This document shows positions 1 through 10,732 of a stretch of 38,024 nucleotides of DNA, in pieces; the stretch's first letter is position 1; the number at the start of each line of letters is the position of its first letter. The translations under genes and the position numbers were made by a program. Below the pieces are notes generated by a model, which was given only the letters and a program-made list of their open reading frames with translations, did no database searches and had not been told where the DNA came from. The DNA lies in IMG/VR virus record IMGVR_UViG_2703718860_000027, one strand, 5' to 3'. This DNA comes from a virus. Taxonomy: Duplodnaviria; Heunggongvirae; Uroviricota; Caudoviricetes.

Positions 1-27
1 TGTCTGGAGATTCAGGGGGCCAGTCTA
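1..27. repeat. IS2-type terminal inverted repeat (TGTCTGGAGATTCAGGGGGCCAGTCTA)
   Basis: The first 27 nt match my recollection of the outer IS2 terminal repeat (reverse complement of TAGACTGGCCCCCTGAATCTCCAGACA). Recollection only; needs an ISfinder check. Confidence 0.45.
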
Positions 28-29
28 AT

Positions 30-425
30 ATGTCTAACACTAGTGCTAATTTTGAGATGACTGGAATTTTGCTGGGGCAGGAGCTTCGTAAACGTAAAAC
101 TCCTCAGGAAAAAATCGCCATTATTCAGCAGACAATGGAACCCGGTATGACGGTGTCCCATGTGGCGCGTTTGCATGGTATTCAGCCCAGCCTGTTGTTT
201 AAGTGGAAAAAACAATATCTGGAAGGAAGTCTCACTGCTGTTGCTGCCGGAGAGGATGTCGTTCCTGCCTCAGAACTGGCTGCCGCTATAAAACAAATAA
301 AAGAGTTACAGCGCTTGCTGGGTAAGAAAACCATGGAAGTTGAGATCCTCAAAGAAGCGGTGGAGTATGGTCAGTCGCGAAAATGGATAGCGCATGCGCC
401 CTTGTTGCCAACGGACAAGGAATAA
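30..425 (+). CDS. IS3-family transposase OrfA (IS2 InsC-like, helix-turn-helix)
   Basis: 131-aa ORF with strong similarity to IS2 InsC (e.g. [61 protein letters not shown]). The start may instead be ATG at 57. Confidence 0.85.
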   Translation: MSNTSANFEMTGILLGQELRKRKTPQEKIAIIQQTMEPGMTVSHVARLHGIQPSLLFKWKKQYLEGSLTAVAAGEDVVPASELAAAIKQIKELQRLLGKKTMEVEILKEAVEYGQSRKWIAHAPLLPTDKE

Positions 426-1264
426 CCCTGGTAAGCCGTATTCTGGGCGTGTCGCGTGCGCAACTGGCACAACGGATGAAAACATCTGGTAATAAGCCGA
501 ATAAACGTCGTCGCAGATGTGATGAGGCTGCGGATGCGGAAGTGTTAGCACGTATCCTTGATATCATCAGCGATATGCCGACATATGGCTATCGTCGTGT
601 CTGGGCCATTCTCAGACGACAGTCCCGTAACAAAGGAGTGCCGTTCGTGAATGCAAAGCGCGTTTATCGGATAATGAGCGAAAATAACCTGTTGTTGTTA
701 CATGACAAACCTTCACGGCCGCAGCGGGAACATAAAGGCCGAATATCGGTGAAGGAAAGCGACCAGCGCTGGTGTTCCGATGGCTTTGAGTTCGGTTGTG
801 ATGATGGCGCAAAACTGCGTGTCACGTTCGCACTGGACTGTTGCGATCGTGAAGCCATAGACTGGGCCGCAAGCACGGGAGGTTATGACAAAGCAACGGT
901 GCAGGATGTCATGTTAGGAGCAATAGAAAAACGCTTTGGCGATAAAGGAGCGGAACGGCCAATCCAGTGGCTGACTGATAACGGTTCGGCTTATACAGCT
1001 CATGAAACACGGCAGTTCGCCAGAGAGTTGAATCTGGAGCCCTGCACGACGGCAGTCAGTAGCCCTCAGAGCAATGGAATGGCAGAAAGGTTCGTGAAAA
1101 CGATGAAAGAAGACTACATCGCGTTCATGCCGAAACCGAATGTAAGAACGGCATTGCATAACCTTGCAGTGGCGATCGAGCATTACAATGAAACCCATCC
1201 GCATAGTGCGTTAGGTTATCTCTCACCAAGGGAATATCGACGTCAGCGGGTAACGTCAACTTAA
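383..1264 (+). CDS. IS3-family transposase OrfB (IS2 InsD-like, DDE integrase domain)
   Basis: 293-aa ORF in the -1 frame relative to orfA. Shares conserved motifs with IS2 InsD ([48 protein letters not shown]). Confidence 0.85.
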   Translation: MDSACALVANGQGITLVSRILGVSRAQLAQRMKTSGNKPNKRRRRCDEAADAEVLARILDIISDMPTYGYRRVWAILRRQSRNKGVPFVNAKRVYRIMSENNLLLLHDKPSRPQREHKGRISVKESDQRWCSDGFEFGCDDGAKLRVTFALDCCDREAIDWAASTGGYDKATVQDVMLGAIEKRFGDKGAERPIQWLTDNGSAYTAHETRQFARELNLEPCTTAVSSPQSNGMAERFVKTMKEDYIAFMPKPNVRTALHNLAVAIEHYNETHPHSALGYLSPREYRRQRVTST

Positions 1265-1523
1265 GATACAACGACTGTCTGAATATCGTGGGTCAAGGAC
1301 ACTTTCCTTGAGAACAATAATTTTATCTTTATGTGAATCTCATTTTTTATAATGATGTCAGATGATTGAAATGCTAAATTATATCTGAATCAACTTTTCC
1401 TTTGCTAAAGGTATCGAAATAACTGCAAGGCTGTATTTTGTAATTGCCAATTTAAAAATGTCAATTTGCTTTTAATTATGTTTTTGTAATAAGTTTGAAG
1501 ACGCAAAAAATAATATAATAACA

Positions 1524-1556
1524 AAAATCCTCCAGCCTTGTAGGCCAGAGGATAAA
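1524..1556 (-). terminator. Rho-independent terminator downstream of the integrase gene
   Basis: On the minus strand, an 11-bp stem (ATCCTCTGGCC / GGCTGGAGGAT, two G-U pairs) with loop TACAA is followed by TTTTTG, about 45 nt after the int stop. Confidence 0.5.
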
Positions 1557-1597
1557 ATACTTAATTGAGGAAAACATCAGGGAAAAGTATTTCTGAC

Positions 1598-2782
1598 TTA
1601 ACTTTCCCGGCTGGAGAGTGAATCAATGTAATCAGCGTACCATTGCATCATTTCACGGCGGCCATCGAGATACAGGGCATGATTATAGGTACCCCTGATG
1701 GAATTTTTATCCACATGAGCTAACTGCATTTCAATCCAGGCGGAATTAAAGCCTTGTTCATGCAGAATTGTACTCATGGTGTGTCTGAAACCGTGCCCTG
1801 TGAGTCTTCCCTTATATCCAAGTAATTCAATTACTTGGTTAATGCTTTCCTTACTAATTGGTTTGCGGGGATCATTTCTACCGATAAAGACTAGGGGATG
1901 ATGTTTTGAGATTGGTTCAAGCTGCTTAAATAGCATAATGACCTGCTCAGAGAGCGGCACAATATGAGGTCGCTTCATCTTCATTACTTCTGCCGGGATC
2001 TCCCACAATTTTGTCTCAAAATCGATATCTTCCCAGCGTGCAAAACGCAGTTCTTGTGTTCGTACGCCGGTTAACATAATGATCTGAGTAGCTGTCTTAG
2101 TGATTATACTTCCGGTATAACCCGCCAGATCGTTGAGGAAGTGGGGAAGTTCATTAGCAGTAAGAAAGGGAAAATGTACTTTTTTCGGTGTAGCTAAAGC
2201 ACTGGCAAGATCGGGGGCTGGGTTATAGTCTGCCCGGCCAGTAACAATTGCATAGCGGAACACCTCACCACAGCGCTGGCGGACCTTGCGCATTTTCTCC
2301 AGAGCTCCACGTTTTTCCATTTTACGCAGTGCTTCCAGTAACTCCATTGGTTTGATTTCGGCAATAGGGCGCTTGCCAATGTAGGGAAAAATGTCTTTTT
2401 CAAAGGTATCAATGATTTCATCACGATAGCGTAATGACCACCGATCGGCTTTTGACTGGTGCCATTCGCGAGCAATAGCCTCGAACGTATTTTTCAGACT
2501 CATTTGCTGCGCGATTTTTTCTTCCTTTTTTGCCTCCCCTGGATCGCCTCCAGCAGCGAGGAGTTTCCTGGCTTCACTGCGTTTCTCGCGAGCATCGGCT
2601 AGCGTTACATCGGGGTATACGCCAATAGAAAGCATCTTTTCTTTACCAGCAAAGCGGTACTTCATGCGCCAGTATTTAGAACCATTAGTGTTAATCAGTA
2701 GATACATACCGCCGCCATCAGCAAGCTTATAGGGTTTGTCTTTGGGTTTTGCGGTTTTCACTTTGATATCGGTTAATGCCAT
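1598..2782 (-). CDS. int: P4-family tyrosine integrase (site-specific recombinase)
   Basis: 394-aa ORF with a P4-type integrase N-terminus (MALTDIKVK...YKLADGGGMYL) and C-terminal catalytic motifs (HGFRHT, RGTYNHA). It lies immediately downstream of the tRNA-Sec 3' end. Confidence 0.92.
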   Translation of the reverse strand: MALTDIKVKTAKPKDKPYKLADGGGMYLLINTNGSKYWRMKYRFAGKEKMLSIGVYPDVTLADAREKRSEARKLLAAGGDPGEAKKEEKIAQQMSLKNTFEAIAREWHQSKADRWSLRYRDEIIDTFEKDIFPYIGKRPIAEIKPMELLEALRKMEKRGALEKMRKVRQRCGEVFRYAIVTGRADYNPAPDLASALATPKKVHFPFLTANELPHFLNDLAGYTGSIITKTATQIIMLTGVRTQELRFARWEDIDFETKLWEIPAEVMKMKRPHIVPLSEQVIMLFKQLEPISKHHPLVFIGRNDPRKPISKESINQVIELLGYKGRLTGHGFRHTMSTILHEQGFNSAWIEMQLAHVDKNSIRGTYNHALYLDGRREMMQWYADYIDSLSSRES

Positions 2783-3081
2783 GACATCCTCCGGCTTTTG
2801 ATGAATTCATGTTCCTGAGGGGGATTTCTGCCAGTAACTAACCTGATACCCCCAATACACCCCTTGTATAACAAAGATGTTGTTAAAAGCCGTTGTTATA
2901 TATCACATTTTTCCTATTATGGGGGTGCTGGTATTTCAATAGGAAATAACACCCCCTAAAGTACCCCCAAAAGAAACTTGATACGGGGTGAAGTAGGTTG
3001 ACCTCTGGATACAAATAAATACTGATATACAAGGGATTAGAAGAGATTTATTGACATTGGGAGAGTTCAGAAGAGGTAAAC

Positions 3082-3176
3082 TGGCGGAAGATCACAGGAG
3101 TCGAACCTGCCCGGGACCGCTGGCGGCCCCAACTGGATTTGAAGTCCAGCCGCCTCACCGGAGACGACGATCTTCC
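3082..3176 (-). tRNA. selC: tRNA-Sec (selenocysteine tRNA)
   Basis: The reverse complement of 3082-3176 matches the 95-nt E. coli selC sequence as I recall it (GGAAGATCGTCGTCTCCGGTGAGGCGGCTGGACTTCAAATCCAGTTGGGGCCGCCAGCGGTCCCGGGCAGGTTCGACTCCTGTGATCTTCCGCCA). Confidence 0.95.
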
Positions 3177-3468
3177 GCGCCTCGATTGCTACATGGAGGC
3201 GGGGCGCATTATAGCTACTTCCTTGAGTTTCTACATCCCCCAGATCAGTTTTTTCCGCCTAATACACGCAGCGTATTATCACGAAAGCATTATAGTTCAT
3301 ATAAAACCCATATTTTACAATGATATATGAGCGGAATTAACGCTACCACGATCACATAAAACAAGAATCATAAATTAATAACCAGATATCGGAATATTCG
3401 CTCTCACAGGGATGGTTTACAAAATGCGTTATCGGTCTCAGCACCCCTATAGCATCAAGGAAAAGCAG

Positions 3469-4851
3469 ATGAAGAGTGAAGTGTTGTCCGTTAAAGAGAA
3501 AATTGGTTATGGCATGGGAGACGCCGCCAGCCACATTATTTTCGATAACGTAATGTTATATATGATGTTCTTTTATACCGATATTTTTGGCATTCCTGCC
3601 GGTTTTGTCGGAACCATGTTTTTGGTCGCTCGTGCACTGGATGCGATTTCCGATCCTTGCATGGGGTTGTTGGCCGATCGAACGCGCTCTCGCTGGGGTA
3701 AATTTCGTCCGTGGGTACTGTTTGGCGCACTGCCATTCGGGATCGTCTGTGTACTGGCCTATAGCACGCCAGATCTCAGTATGAACGGCAAAATGATCTA
3801 TGCAGCAATTACTTACACCCTACTTACCTTACTTTATACCGTCGTCAATATCCCTTACTGCGCATTGGGTGGTGTAATCACCAATGACCCGACTCAGCGT
3901 ATCTCGCTGCAATCCTGGCGTTTTGTGCTGGCGACCGCGGGAGGCATGCTTTCTACTGTTCTGATGATGCCACTGGTTAATTTAATTGGCGGTGATAATA
4001 AACCACTCGGTTTCCAGGGCGGTATCGCGGTCCTTTCCGTGGTGGCATTCATGATGCTGGCATTTTGTTTCTTCACCACTAAAGAACGCGTTGAAGCACC
4101 ACCTACAACAACGTCTATGCGGGAAGATTTACGTGATATCTGGCAAAACGACCAGTGGCGGATTGTCGGTTTACTAACCATTTTCAATATCCTGGCGGTG
4201 TGCGTACGCGGTGGGGCGATGATGTATTACGTCACATGGATTTTGGGCACGCCGGAAGTGTTTGTCGCTTTTCTCACCACTTATTGCGTGGGTAACCTGA
4301 TTGGTTCCGCACTGGCAAAACCTCTGACCGACTGGAAATGTAAAGTCACTATCTTCTGGTGGACGAACGCCCTGCTGGCAGTGATTAGCCTCGCGATGTT
4401 CTTTGTTCCCATGCAGGCCAGCATCACTATGTTTGTCTTCATCTTCGTGATTGGTGTGTTGCATCAACTGGTGACACCTATCCAGTGGGTAATGATGTCC
4501 GATACCGTCGACTACGGCGAGTGGTGCAATGGTAAACGCCTGACCGGGATCAGTTTTGCTGGCACGCTGTTTGTGCTCAAACTGGGGTTGGCCTTCGGCG
4601 GCGCTCTTATCGGCTGGATGCTGGCTTATGGCGGATATGATGCGGCAGAAAAAGCGCAGAACAGCGCCACGATTAGCATCATTATTGCGCTATTCACGAT
4701 TGTTCCGGCGATCTGTTATTTGCTGAGCGCGATTATCGCTAAACGCTACTACTCACTCACGACGCACAATCTGAAAACCGTTATGGAACAGCTGGCTCAG
4801 GGTAAACGCCGTTGCCAGCAACAATTCACCTCTCAAGAAGTGCAGAACTAA
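3469..4851 (+). CDS. yicJ: Putative glycoside/cation symporter (GPH family MFS transporter) YicJ
   Basis: 460-aa product from the ATG at 3469, which has an AAGGAAAAG ribosome-binding site upstream. Multi-pass hydrophobic protein matching K-12 YicJ; the ORF-track start at 3412 is probably too early. Confidence 0.9.
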   Translation: MKSEVLSVKEKIGYGMGDAASHIIFDNVMLYMMFFYTDIFGIPAGFVGTMFLVARALDAISDPCMGLLADRTRSRWGKFRPWVLFGALPFGIVCVLAYSTPDLSMNGKMIYAAITYTLLTLLYTVVNIPYCALGGVITNDPTQRISLQSWRFVLATAGGMLSTVLMMPLVNLIGGDNKPLGFQGGIAVLSVVAFMMLAFCFFTTKERVEAPPTTTSMREDLRDIWQNDQWRIVGLLTIFNILAVCVRGGAMMYYVTWILGTPEVFVAFLTTYCVGNLIGSALAKPLTDWKCKVTIFWWTNALLAVISLAMFFVPMQASITMFVFIFVIGVLHQLVTPIQWVMMSDTVDYGEWCNGKRLTGISFAGTLFVLKLGLAFGGALIGWMLAYGGYDAAEKAQNSATISIIIALFTIVPAICYLLSAIIAKRYYSLTTHNLKTVMEQLAQGKRRCQQQFTSQEVQN

Positions 4852-4860
4852 GGAACGGCA

Positions 4861-7179
4861 ATGAAAATTAGCGATGGAAACTGGTTGATTCAACCTGGCC
4901 TCAATTTGATTCACCCGCTTCAGGTGTTCGAGGTTGAACAGCAGGATAATGAAATGGTGGTCTATGCTGCCCCCCGTGATGTGCGTGAACGTACCTGGCA
5001 GCTTGATACGCCTTTATTTACGTTGCGCTTTTTCTCCCCACAGGAAGGTATTGTCGGTGTGCGGATTGAGCATTTTCAGGGGGCGCTGAATAACGGTCCT
5101 CATTATCCGCTCAATATTTTGCAGGACGTGAAGGTCACAATCGAAAACACAGAACGTTATGCTGAGTTTAAAAGTGGCAACTTAAGCGCGCGTGTCAGCA
5201 AAGGTGAGTTCTGGTCACTGGATTTTCTGCGCAACGGCGAACGTATTACCGGTAGTCAGGTGAAAAATAATGGCTACGTGCAGGACACGAATAATCAACG
5301 CAATTATATGTTTGAGCGGCTTGATCTTGGCGTTGGCGAAACAGTTTACGGTCTGGGAGAGCGCTTTACTGCCCTGGTGCGCAATGGCCAGACGGTAGAG
5401 ACCTGGAACCGGGACGGCGGCACAAGTACTGAACAGGCGTATAAAAATATCCCGTTCTACATGACTAACCGTGGTTATGGGGTACTGGTCAATCATCCCC
5501 AGTGTGTCTCTTTTGAAGTGGGATCGGAGAAAGTCTCCAAAGTGCAGTTCAGCGTTGAGAGTGAATATCTCGAATACTTTGTTATCGACGGCCCGACGCC
5601 GAAAGCGGTACTTGATCGTTATACCCGCTTTACTGGTCGTCCGGCGCTGCCGCCCGCGTGGTCCTTCGGCCTGTGGCTAACCACTTCATTTACCACCAAC
5701 TACGACGAAGCGACGGTAAACAGCTTTATCGATGGTATGGCGGAACGCAATCTGCCGCTGCATGTTTTCCACTTTGACTGTTTCTGGATGAAAGCCTTCC
5801 AGTGGTGCGATTTTGAGTGGGACCCGCTGACTTTCCCTGACCCGGAAGGGATGATCCGCCGCCTGAAAGCGAAAGGGCTGAAAATCTGCGTCTGGATTAA
5901 CCCCTATATCGGTCAAAAATCCCCCGTCTTTAAAGAGTTACAAGAGAAAGGCTATTTACTCAAACGCCCCGACGGTTCGCTATGGCAGTGGGATAAATGG
6001 CAGCCAGGTCTGGCGATTTATGACTTTACCAATCCGGATGCCTGCAAATGGTACGCCGACAAACTGAAAGGTCTGGTCGCGATGGGCGTTGATTGCTTTA
6101 AGACCGACTTTGGCGAACGTATCCCAACTGATGTTCAGTGGTTTGACGGTTCCGATCCGCAGAAAATGCATAACCATTATGCGTACATCTACAACGAACT
6201 GGTGTGGAACGTGCTCAAGGACACCGTTGGTGAGGAAGAAGCTGTCTTGTTTGCCCGCTCGGCCTCCGTCGGTGCGCAGAAATTCCCGGTACACTGGGGT
6301 GGCGATTGTTACGCTAACTACGAATCAATGGCGGAAAGCCTGCGCGGTGGTTTGTCTATTGGCCTTTCAGGTTTTGGCTTCTGGAGCCACGATATCGGCG
6401 GCTTTGAAAATACCGCTCCGGCGCACGTTTACAAACGCTGGTGCGCGTTTGGTTTGCTCTCCAGCCATAGCCGTTTACACGGTAGCAAATCTTATCGTGT
6501 GCCGTGGGCTTACGATGATGAGTCCTGTGATGTGGTGCGCTTCTTCACGCAACTGAAATGCCGCATGATGCCGTATCTGTATCGTGAAGCTGCGCGTGCG
6601 AACGCGCGGGGTACGCCGATGATGCGGGCCATGATGATGGAGTTCCCGGACGATCCGGCTTGTGATTACCTTGACCGTCAATACATGTTAGGCGACAACG
6701 TGATGGTTGCGCCGGTGTTCACTGAAGCGGGCGATGTGCAGTTCTACCTGCCGGAAGGTCGCTGGACACACCTGTGGCACAACGATGAACTCGACGGTAG
6801 TCGCTGGCATAAACAGCAGCACGGCTTCCTGAGTCTGCCCGTTTATGTGCGTGATAACACTCTACTGGCGCTGGGCAACAACGATCAACGTCCCGATTAC
6901 GTGTGGCACGAAGGCACGGCATTCCACCTCTTTAATCTGCAAGACGGGCATGAAGCCGTCTGTGAAGTGCCCGCTGCTGACGGATCGGTGATCTTTACTT
7001 TAAAAGCAGCACGTACTGGCAACACGATTACTGTGACTGGTGCGGGCGAGGCGAAGAACTGGACACTGTGCCTGCGCAATGTTGTGAAAGTAAATGGTCT
7101 GCAAGACGGTTCGCAGGCTGAAAGTGAGCAGGGGCTGGTGGTGAAGCCTCAAGGGAATGCGCTGACAATTACGTTGTAA
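4861..7179 (+). CDS. yicI: Alpha-xylosidase, glycoside hydrolase family 31
   Basis: 772-aa ORF, the length of K-12 YicI, with GH31 motifs (WINPYI, KTDFGE, HWGGD). It starts 9 nt after yicJ, so the two form an operon. Confidence 0.93.
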
Positions 7180-7193
7180 TCTATTGATGGAAT

Positions 7194-7220
7194 GCCGGGT
7201 ACGTCTGAGTCGTACCCGGC
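7194..7220. terminator. Bidirectional hairpin terminator between convergent yicI and yicH
   Basis: Perfect inverted repeat GCCGGGTACG-tctgagt-CGTACCCGGC lying between the two stop codons. Confidence 0.55.
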
Positions 7221-7231
7221 GAGATTGATGT

Positions 7232-8941
7232 TTACTGCACCAGCTCTGCCGACGTAACTTCACCGCTGGAAACGATGCCAGCATTCATGGTTTGAGTCAC
7301 TTGCTGCTTTGCGGCGTTCACGGCATGCAATTGCCCGCTAACCGTAGGTTTCAGCGGGGCATTGGCCTGAATATCTCCACTGGCGGTAAGCTGAATATTG
7401 CCGTCGCCAGTCAACGGTAATTCAGGCCATCCCCATTGTTGCAAAATATTTACCGGCACACCGCGTCCATTCAGGCTGATATGGGTCTGACGTTGTGGCG
7501 TTTGTGAAACACTGGCAGTGGCTTCCAGAATGCCTTTTTCAGTAAATGCACTCAGTTCGCTGATATTCACCGTGCTGCTGTTGGCGGTCAGCGCCAGCGA
7601 CGGGCGACGAACATCAACACGATTGAATGTCGCGGCGGCGGCATTCAGATTCGCCGAGCCACTCCAGACGCCCCATTTATGATCGGTAACCAGCGTCAGG
7701 TTGGCACCGTAACCATCGAGCGCGGTGAGCTGCCACGGGAAGTCAGGGTCGATATCAATGATCAGATTGCGGCTGGCGCTAAATCTCTTCAGTTGCAGGC
7801 TGTTTAACCAACCGGGTGTCGTTTCCATCCACAACTGTTGCCAGTTTTTCGGCAAGGTATATTCCAGCCCGGCAATTGCCGCATCATCAAGGATCAACGT
7901 TTTCCCGTCACGCAGCCAGTTCCCTGACGTTCTGACCATACCCCCTTCCCAGCGGCTGGTGAACTGGCGCAGCGCTACGCCCTGCGGGGAAAATTCCGTG
8001 TTTATAATCGGGTCAAATAAATGCAGCGAACCATAAATGAACTCGCTAGCGTTCATCGACAGTTTGCCTTCCTGTGTCTGCCAGTCATCTTTACTGAAGG
8101 TCATGTTGCGCAAGCTGAGATCGAGGTCGGTCACCGCCCAGTCCGGACCTTGCAAACGAGCATCGATCACTTCCAGGCGACCAATCTGCAACGACGGGAC
8201 AGAGCGTAATGGCGCAAAGAAGTCGGTTAGCGATTTTTCGCTTTGTAGACGTATATCCGCCATGCGCAGGTTTTCCACTTGCCAGCTGCCGTCGGCGTTA
8301 CGCTGCGCGTTTCCGGTTAATGTCCCGCGGGCGATGTCGGCACCCAGGTTAGTCAGCGTAACGCGATCGTTATCAATACTGCCTTCAATCAGTACATTGG
8401 TGGCAGGAACATCATTGAGCGAAAGCGATCCGGCACTAAACTGAATCTGCGCCTTCGTACCCAGCACTTTACCGGCTTTTGGTGACCACGGAACTACGCC
8501 GCCATTTACCCGCTGCGCGCTCAGTTTCCATTCGCTATTCGGGCTATTAAACGCCATATCACGCAGTTGCAGACGATCGGCTTTGAACGGTAGCGGCGCG
8601 GTCTGGTCGGTGAGATTCAGCGTCCCGTTTTCCAGCAGGATGGTATCGACATGGCGTGGTTCGGTCAGTTGCCGACTGCTTAGCGCAATGTCGACACTTT
8701 TTGCCACCAGGGTCGCGGGCTGGCCATCACGGCCAAACGTGACGTTCTCCAGCACGATATGAGATGGCGCGGAAAAACGGTGATCCATCGCCCCGAAGGC
8801 CAGATGATAGTCGCTATTCTCGGAAACCCATGCGCTGATATGTTCTGCTCCCCAGCGGGTTTGCAGAAGAAAATAGAGGCCAGCGATCACCACTAACAGA
8901 GCGATGAGAATGTAGAGAAGCAGCTTCCCAATAAATTTCAT
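7232..8941 (-). CDS. yicH: AsmA-family outer-membrane biogenesis protein YicH
   Basis: 569 aa from the Met at 8941 (MKFIGKLLLYILIALLVV, an N-terminal signal/anchor). Matches K-12 YicH in length and sequence. Confidence 0.9.
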   Translation of the reverse strand: MKFIGKLLLYILIALLVVIAGLYFLLQTRWGAEHISAWVSENSDYHLAFGAMDHRFSAPSHIVLENVTFGRDGQPATLVAKSVDIALSSRQLTEPRHVDTILLENGTLNLTDQTAPLPFKADRLQLRDMAFNSPNSEWKLSAQRVNGGVVPWSPKAGKVLGTKAQIQFSAGSLSLNDVPATNVLIEGSIDNDRVTLTNLGADIARGTLTGNAQRNADGSWQVENLRMADIRLQSEKSLTDFFAPLRSVPSLQIGRLEVIDARLQGPDWAVTDLDLSLRNMTFSKDDWQTQEGKLSMNASEFIYGSLHLFDPIINTEFSPQGVALRQFTSRWEGGMVRTSGNWLRDGKTLILDDAAIAGLEYTLPKNWQQLWMETTPGWLNSLQLKRFSASRNLIIDIDPDFPWQLTALDGYGANLTLVTDHKWGVWSGSANLNAAAATFNRVDVRRPSLALTANSSTVNISELSAFTEKGILEATASVSQTPQRQTHISLNGRGVPVNILQQWGWPELPLTGDGNIQLTASGDIQANAPLKPTVSGQLHAVNAAKQQVTQTMNAGIVSSGEVTSAELVQ

Positions 8942-9061
8942 GGTCTTCCATCCCGTGAAATGCACATAAGGGAGTTATGCACGATTTACGCGCAATCCTC
9001 AAGGCGGGAATGGTGAAAGAGGTGAGACTGCGGCGGTAATTATCTTACCGCCGCCAGTGAA

Positions 9062-10453
9062 TTACTGTTTTTCTGGTGGGAAAATCAGATTCAGCACGAT
9101 GGCAGTAATACCGCCCGCGGCGATCCCGGAGGAGAGCAGGTTTTTCAGCCATTCAGGGGCAAACTGCAAAATCAGCGGCTGCTGAGACACGCCCAGACCA
9201 ACCGCCAGCGACAGCGCGATAATCAGAATCGCCCGACGGTTCAGCGGTTCACGAGAAACGATACGCACACCGGAGGCGGCGATAGTGCCAAACATTACAA
9301 GCGTTGCGCCGCCCAGAACCGGTTCTGGAATGTGTTGTACAAAACCGCTCACTGCCGGGAACAGACCCAGCACGATCAACATCAGCGCGACGACAAAACC
9401 GACATAGCGGCTGGCAACACCAGTCAACTGGATCACTCCGTTGTTTTGCCCGAAGCAGGAGTTCGGGAAGGTGTTAAACACCGCCGAAACAAACGAGTTC
9501 AGGCCGTTTGCCAGCACGCCGCCTTTCAGGCGTTTCATGTACAGCGGACCGGACACTGGCTGTTCGGAAACGTCAGAGGTCGCCGTGATATCGCCAATGG
9601 TTTCCAGCGAAGTGATCATAAAGACCAGCATCAGCGGCAGCAGCAGACTCCATTCAATGCCAAGACCGTAATAGAGCGGCGTTGGCACCATAATCAGTTC
9701 TTGCGTCATCGGTTCGTTGCTTTCTGGCAACATGCCCATAAACCACGCCAGCGCATATCCGGCCGCCATCGCAATCACCAGTGAGGCCACGCGTAAGTAA
9801 GGGTTACGTTGACGGTTAAGCAGGATAATTAAGGCTAAGACCACGCCTGCCAGCAGCAGATTTTTCGGTGCGCCGAAGGTGTTATCGCTCATGGCTGCGT
9901 AACCGCCGCCAATGGACGTTAACCCAACCTGAATTAGCGACAGGCCGATAATCATCACCACAACGCCAGAAACCAGCGGCGTAATAATGCGGCGCGCCAG
10001 ATGCAGAACGCGGGAGATCACCATCTCGGTGCAACTTGCCAGCATCAACGTGCCGAACAAAGCCGCCATCATGGTAGGAACATCAGCACCACCGGTTTTC
10101 AGCGCGGTACCGCCCATAATCAGCGGGGCAACAAAGTTGAAGCTGGTGCCCTGAATAGACAACAGCCCGGAGCCAACCGGACCCCAGGCCTTAATTTGAA
10201 TAATCGATGCCACACCGGAGGCAAACAGCGACATACTAATAATGTGTTGCGTGTCTTGTGCCGGTAAACCCAGCGCCTGGCAGATTAATAGCGCTGGCGT
10301 GATCACCGCAACGAACATCGCCAGCAGATGCTGACAGGCGGCAAACAGGGTTTGAGGAAGCGGCGGACGATCTTCAAGACGGTAAATCAGTTCGCTGTTT
10401 TGAGTCTGCGCAACCGGTTGCGCATTTTCTGACTCGAGGGTGGAAACAGACAT
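9062..10453 (-). CDS. xanP: Xanthine permease (NCS2 family)
   Basis: 463 aa from [12 protein letters not shown]..., matching E. coli XanP (YicE). Polytopic membrane protein. Confidence 0.93.
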
Positions 10454-10732
10454 CGAAAACAATCCCGTGGTAGCAAAGCGGGCATTTTAGCTGACCGAAA
10501 GAGAAAAGCAAACGTTTGCCACATCCTCATCTAAATATTTAAATGAGATAAATGCACTTTTTTATATAACTTTTGGTATTTTTCTGCTTAAAATCCATGC
10601 CATTTGTTCATTAACAGCTGAGAATTTGACCCAGGAAAGCATAACTCGATACCCGTCATAGTTCATGAAGTTGCCACTGCGCGATGAAGTATGACGAGTA
10701 TGAAAGAGTGATGCGGATACAAAGGAGTAACT

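Larger units (their letters stand above)
1..1301 (+). mobile_element. IS3-family (IS2 group) insertion sequence; left boundary uncertain
   Basis: orfA and orfB overlap with orfB in the -1 frame, typical of IS3-family elements. Both proteins resemble IS2 InsC/InsD. A TGTCTG...GGACA repeat-like end sits at about 1275-1301, shortly after the orfB stop. Confidence 0.75.

Noticed and set aside
1302-1597. AT-rich 300-bp spacer between the IS end and the integrase stop, checked for a small excisionase-type ORF or an sRNA
   Set aside because: It contains no ORF of at least 60 codons with a plausible start and no convincing promoter-plus-terminator unit other than the integrase terminator hairpin. 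Probably island remnant DNA.
9028-9057. Perfect palindrome CTGCGGCGGTAA-ttatc-TTACCGCCGCAG between the yicH start and the xanP stop, considered as a REP-like or novel element
   Set aside because: It is a single hairpin with no repeat copies elsewhere in the window. It is most simply the xanP transcription terminator or an RNA-stability hairpin, although it lacks a clear U-tract.
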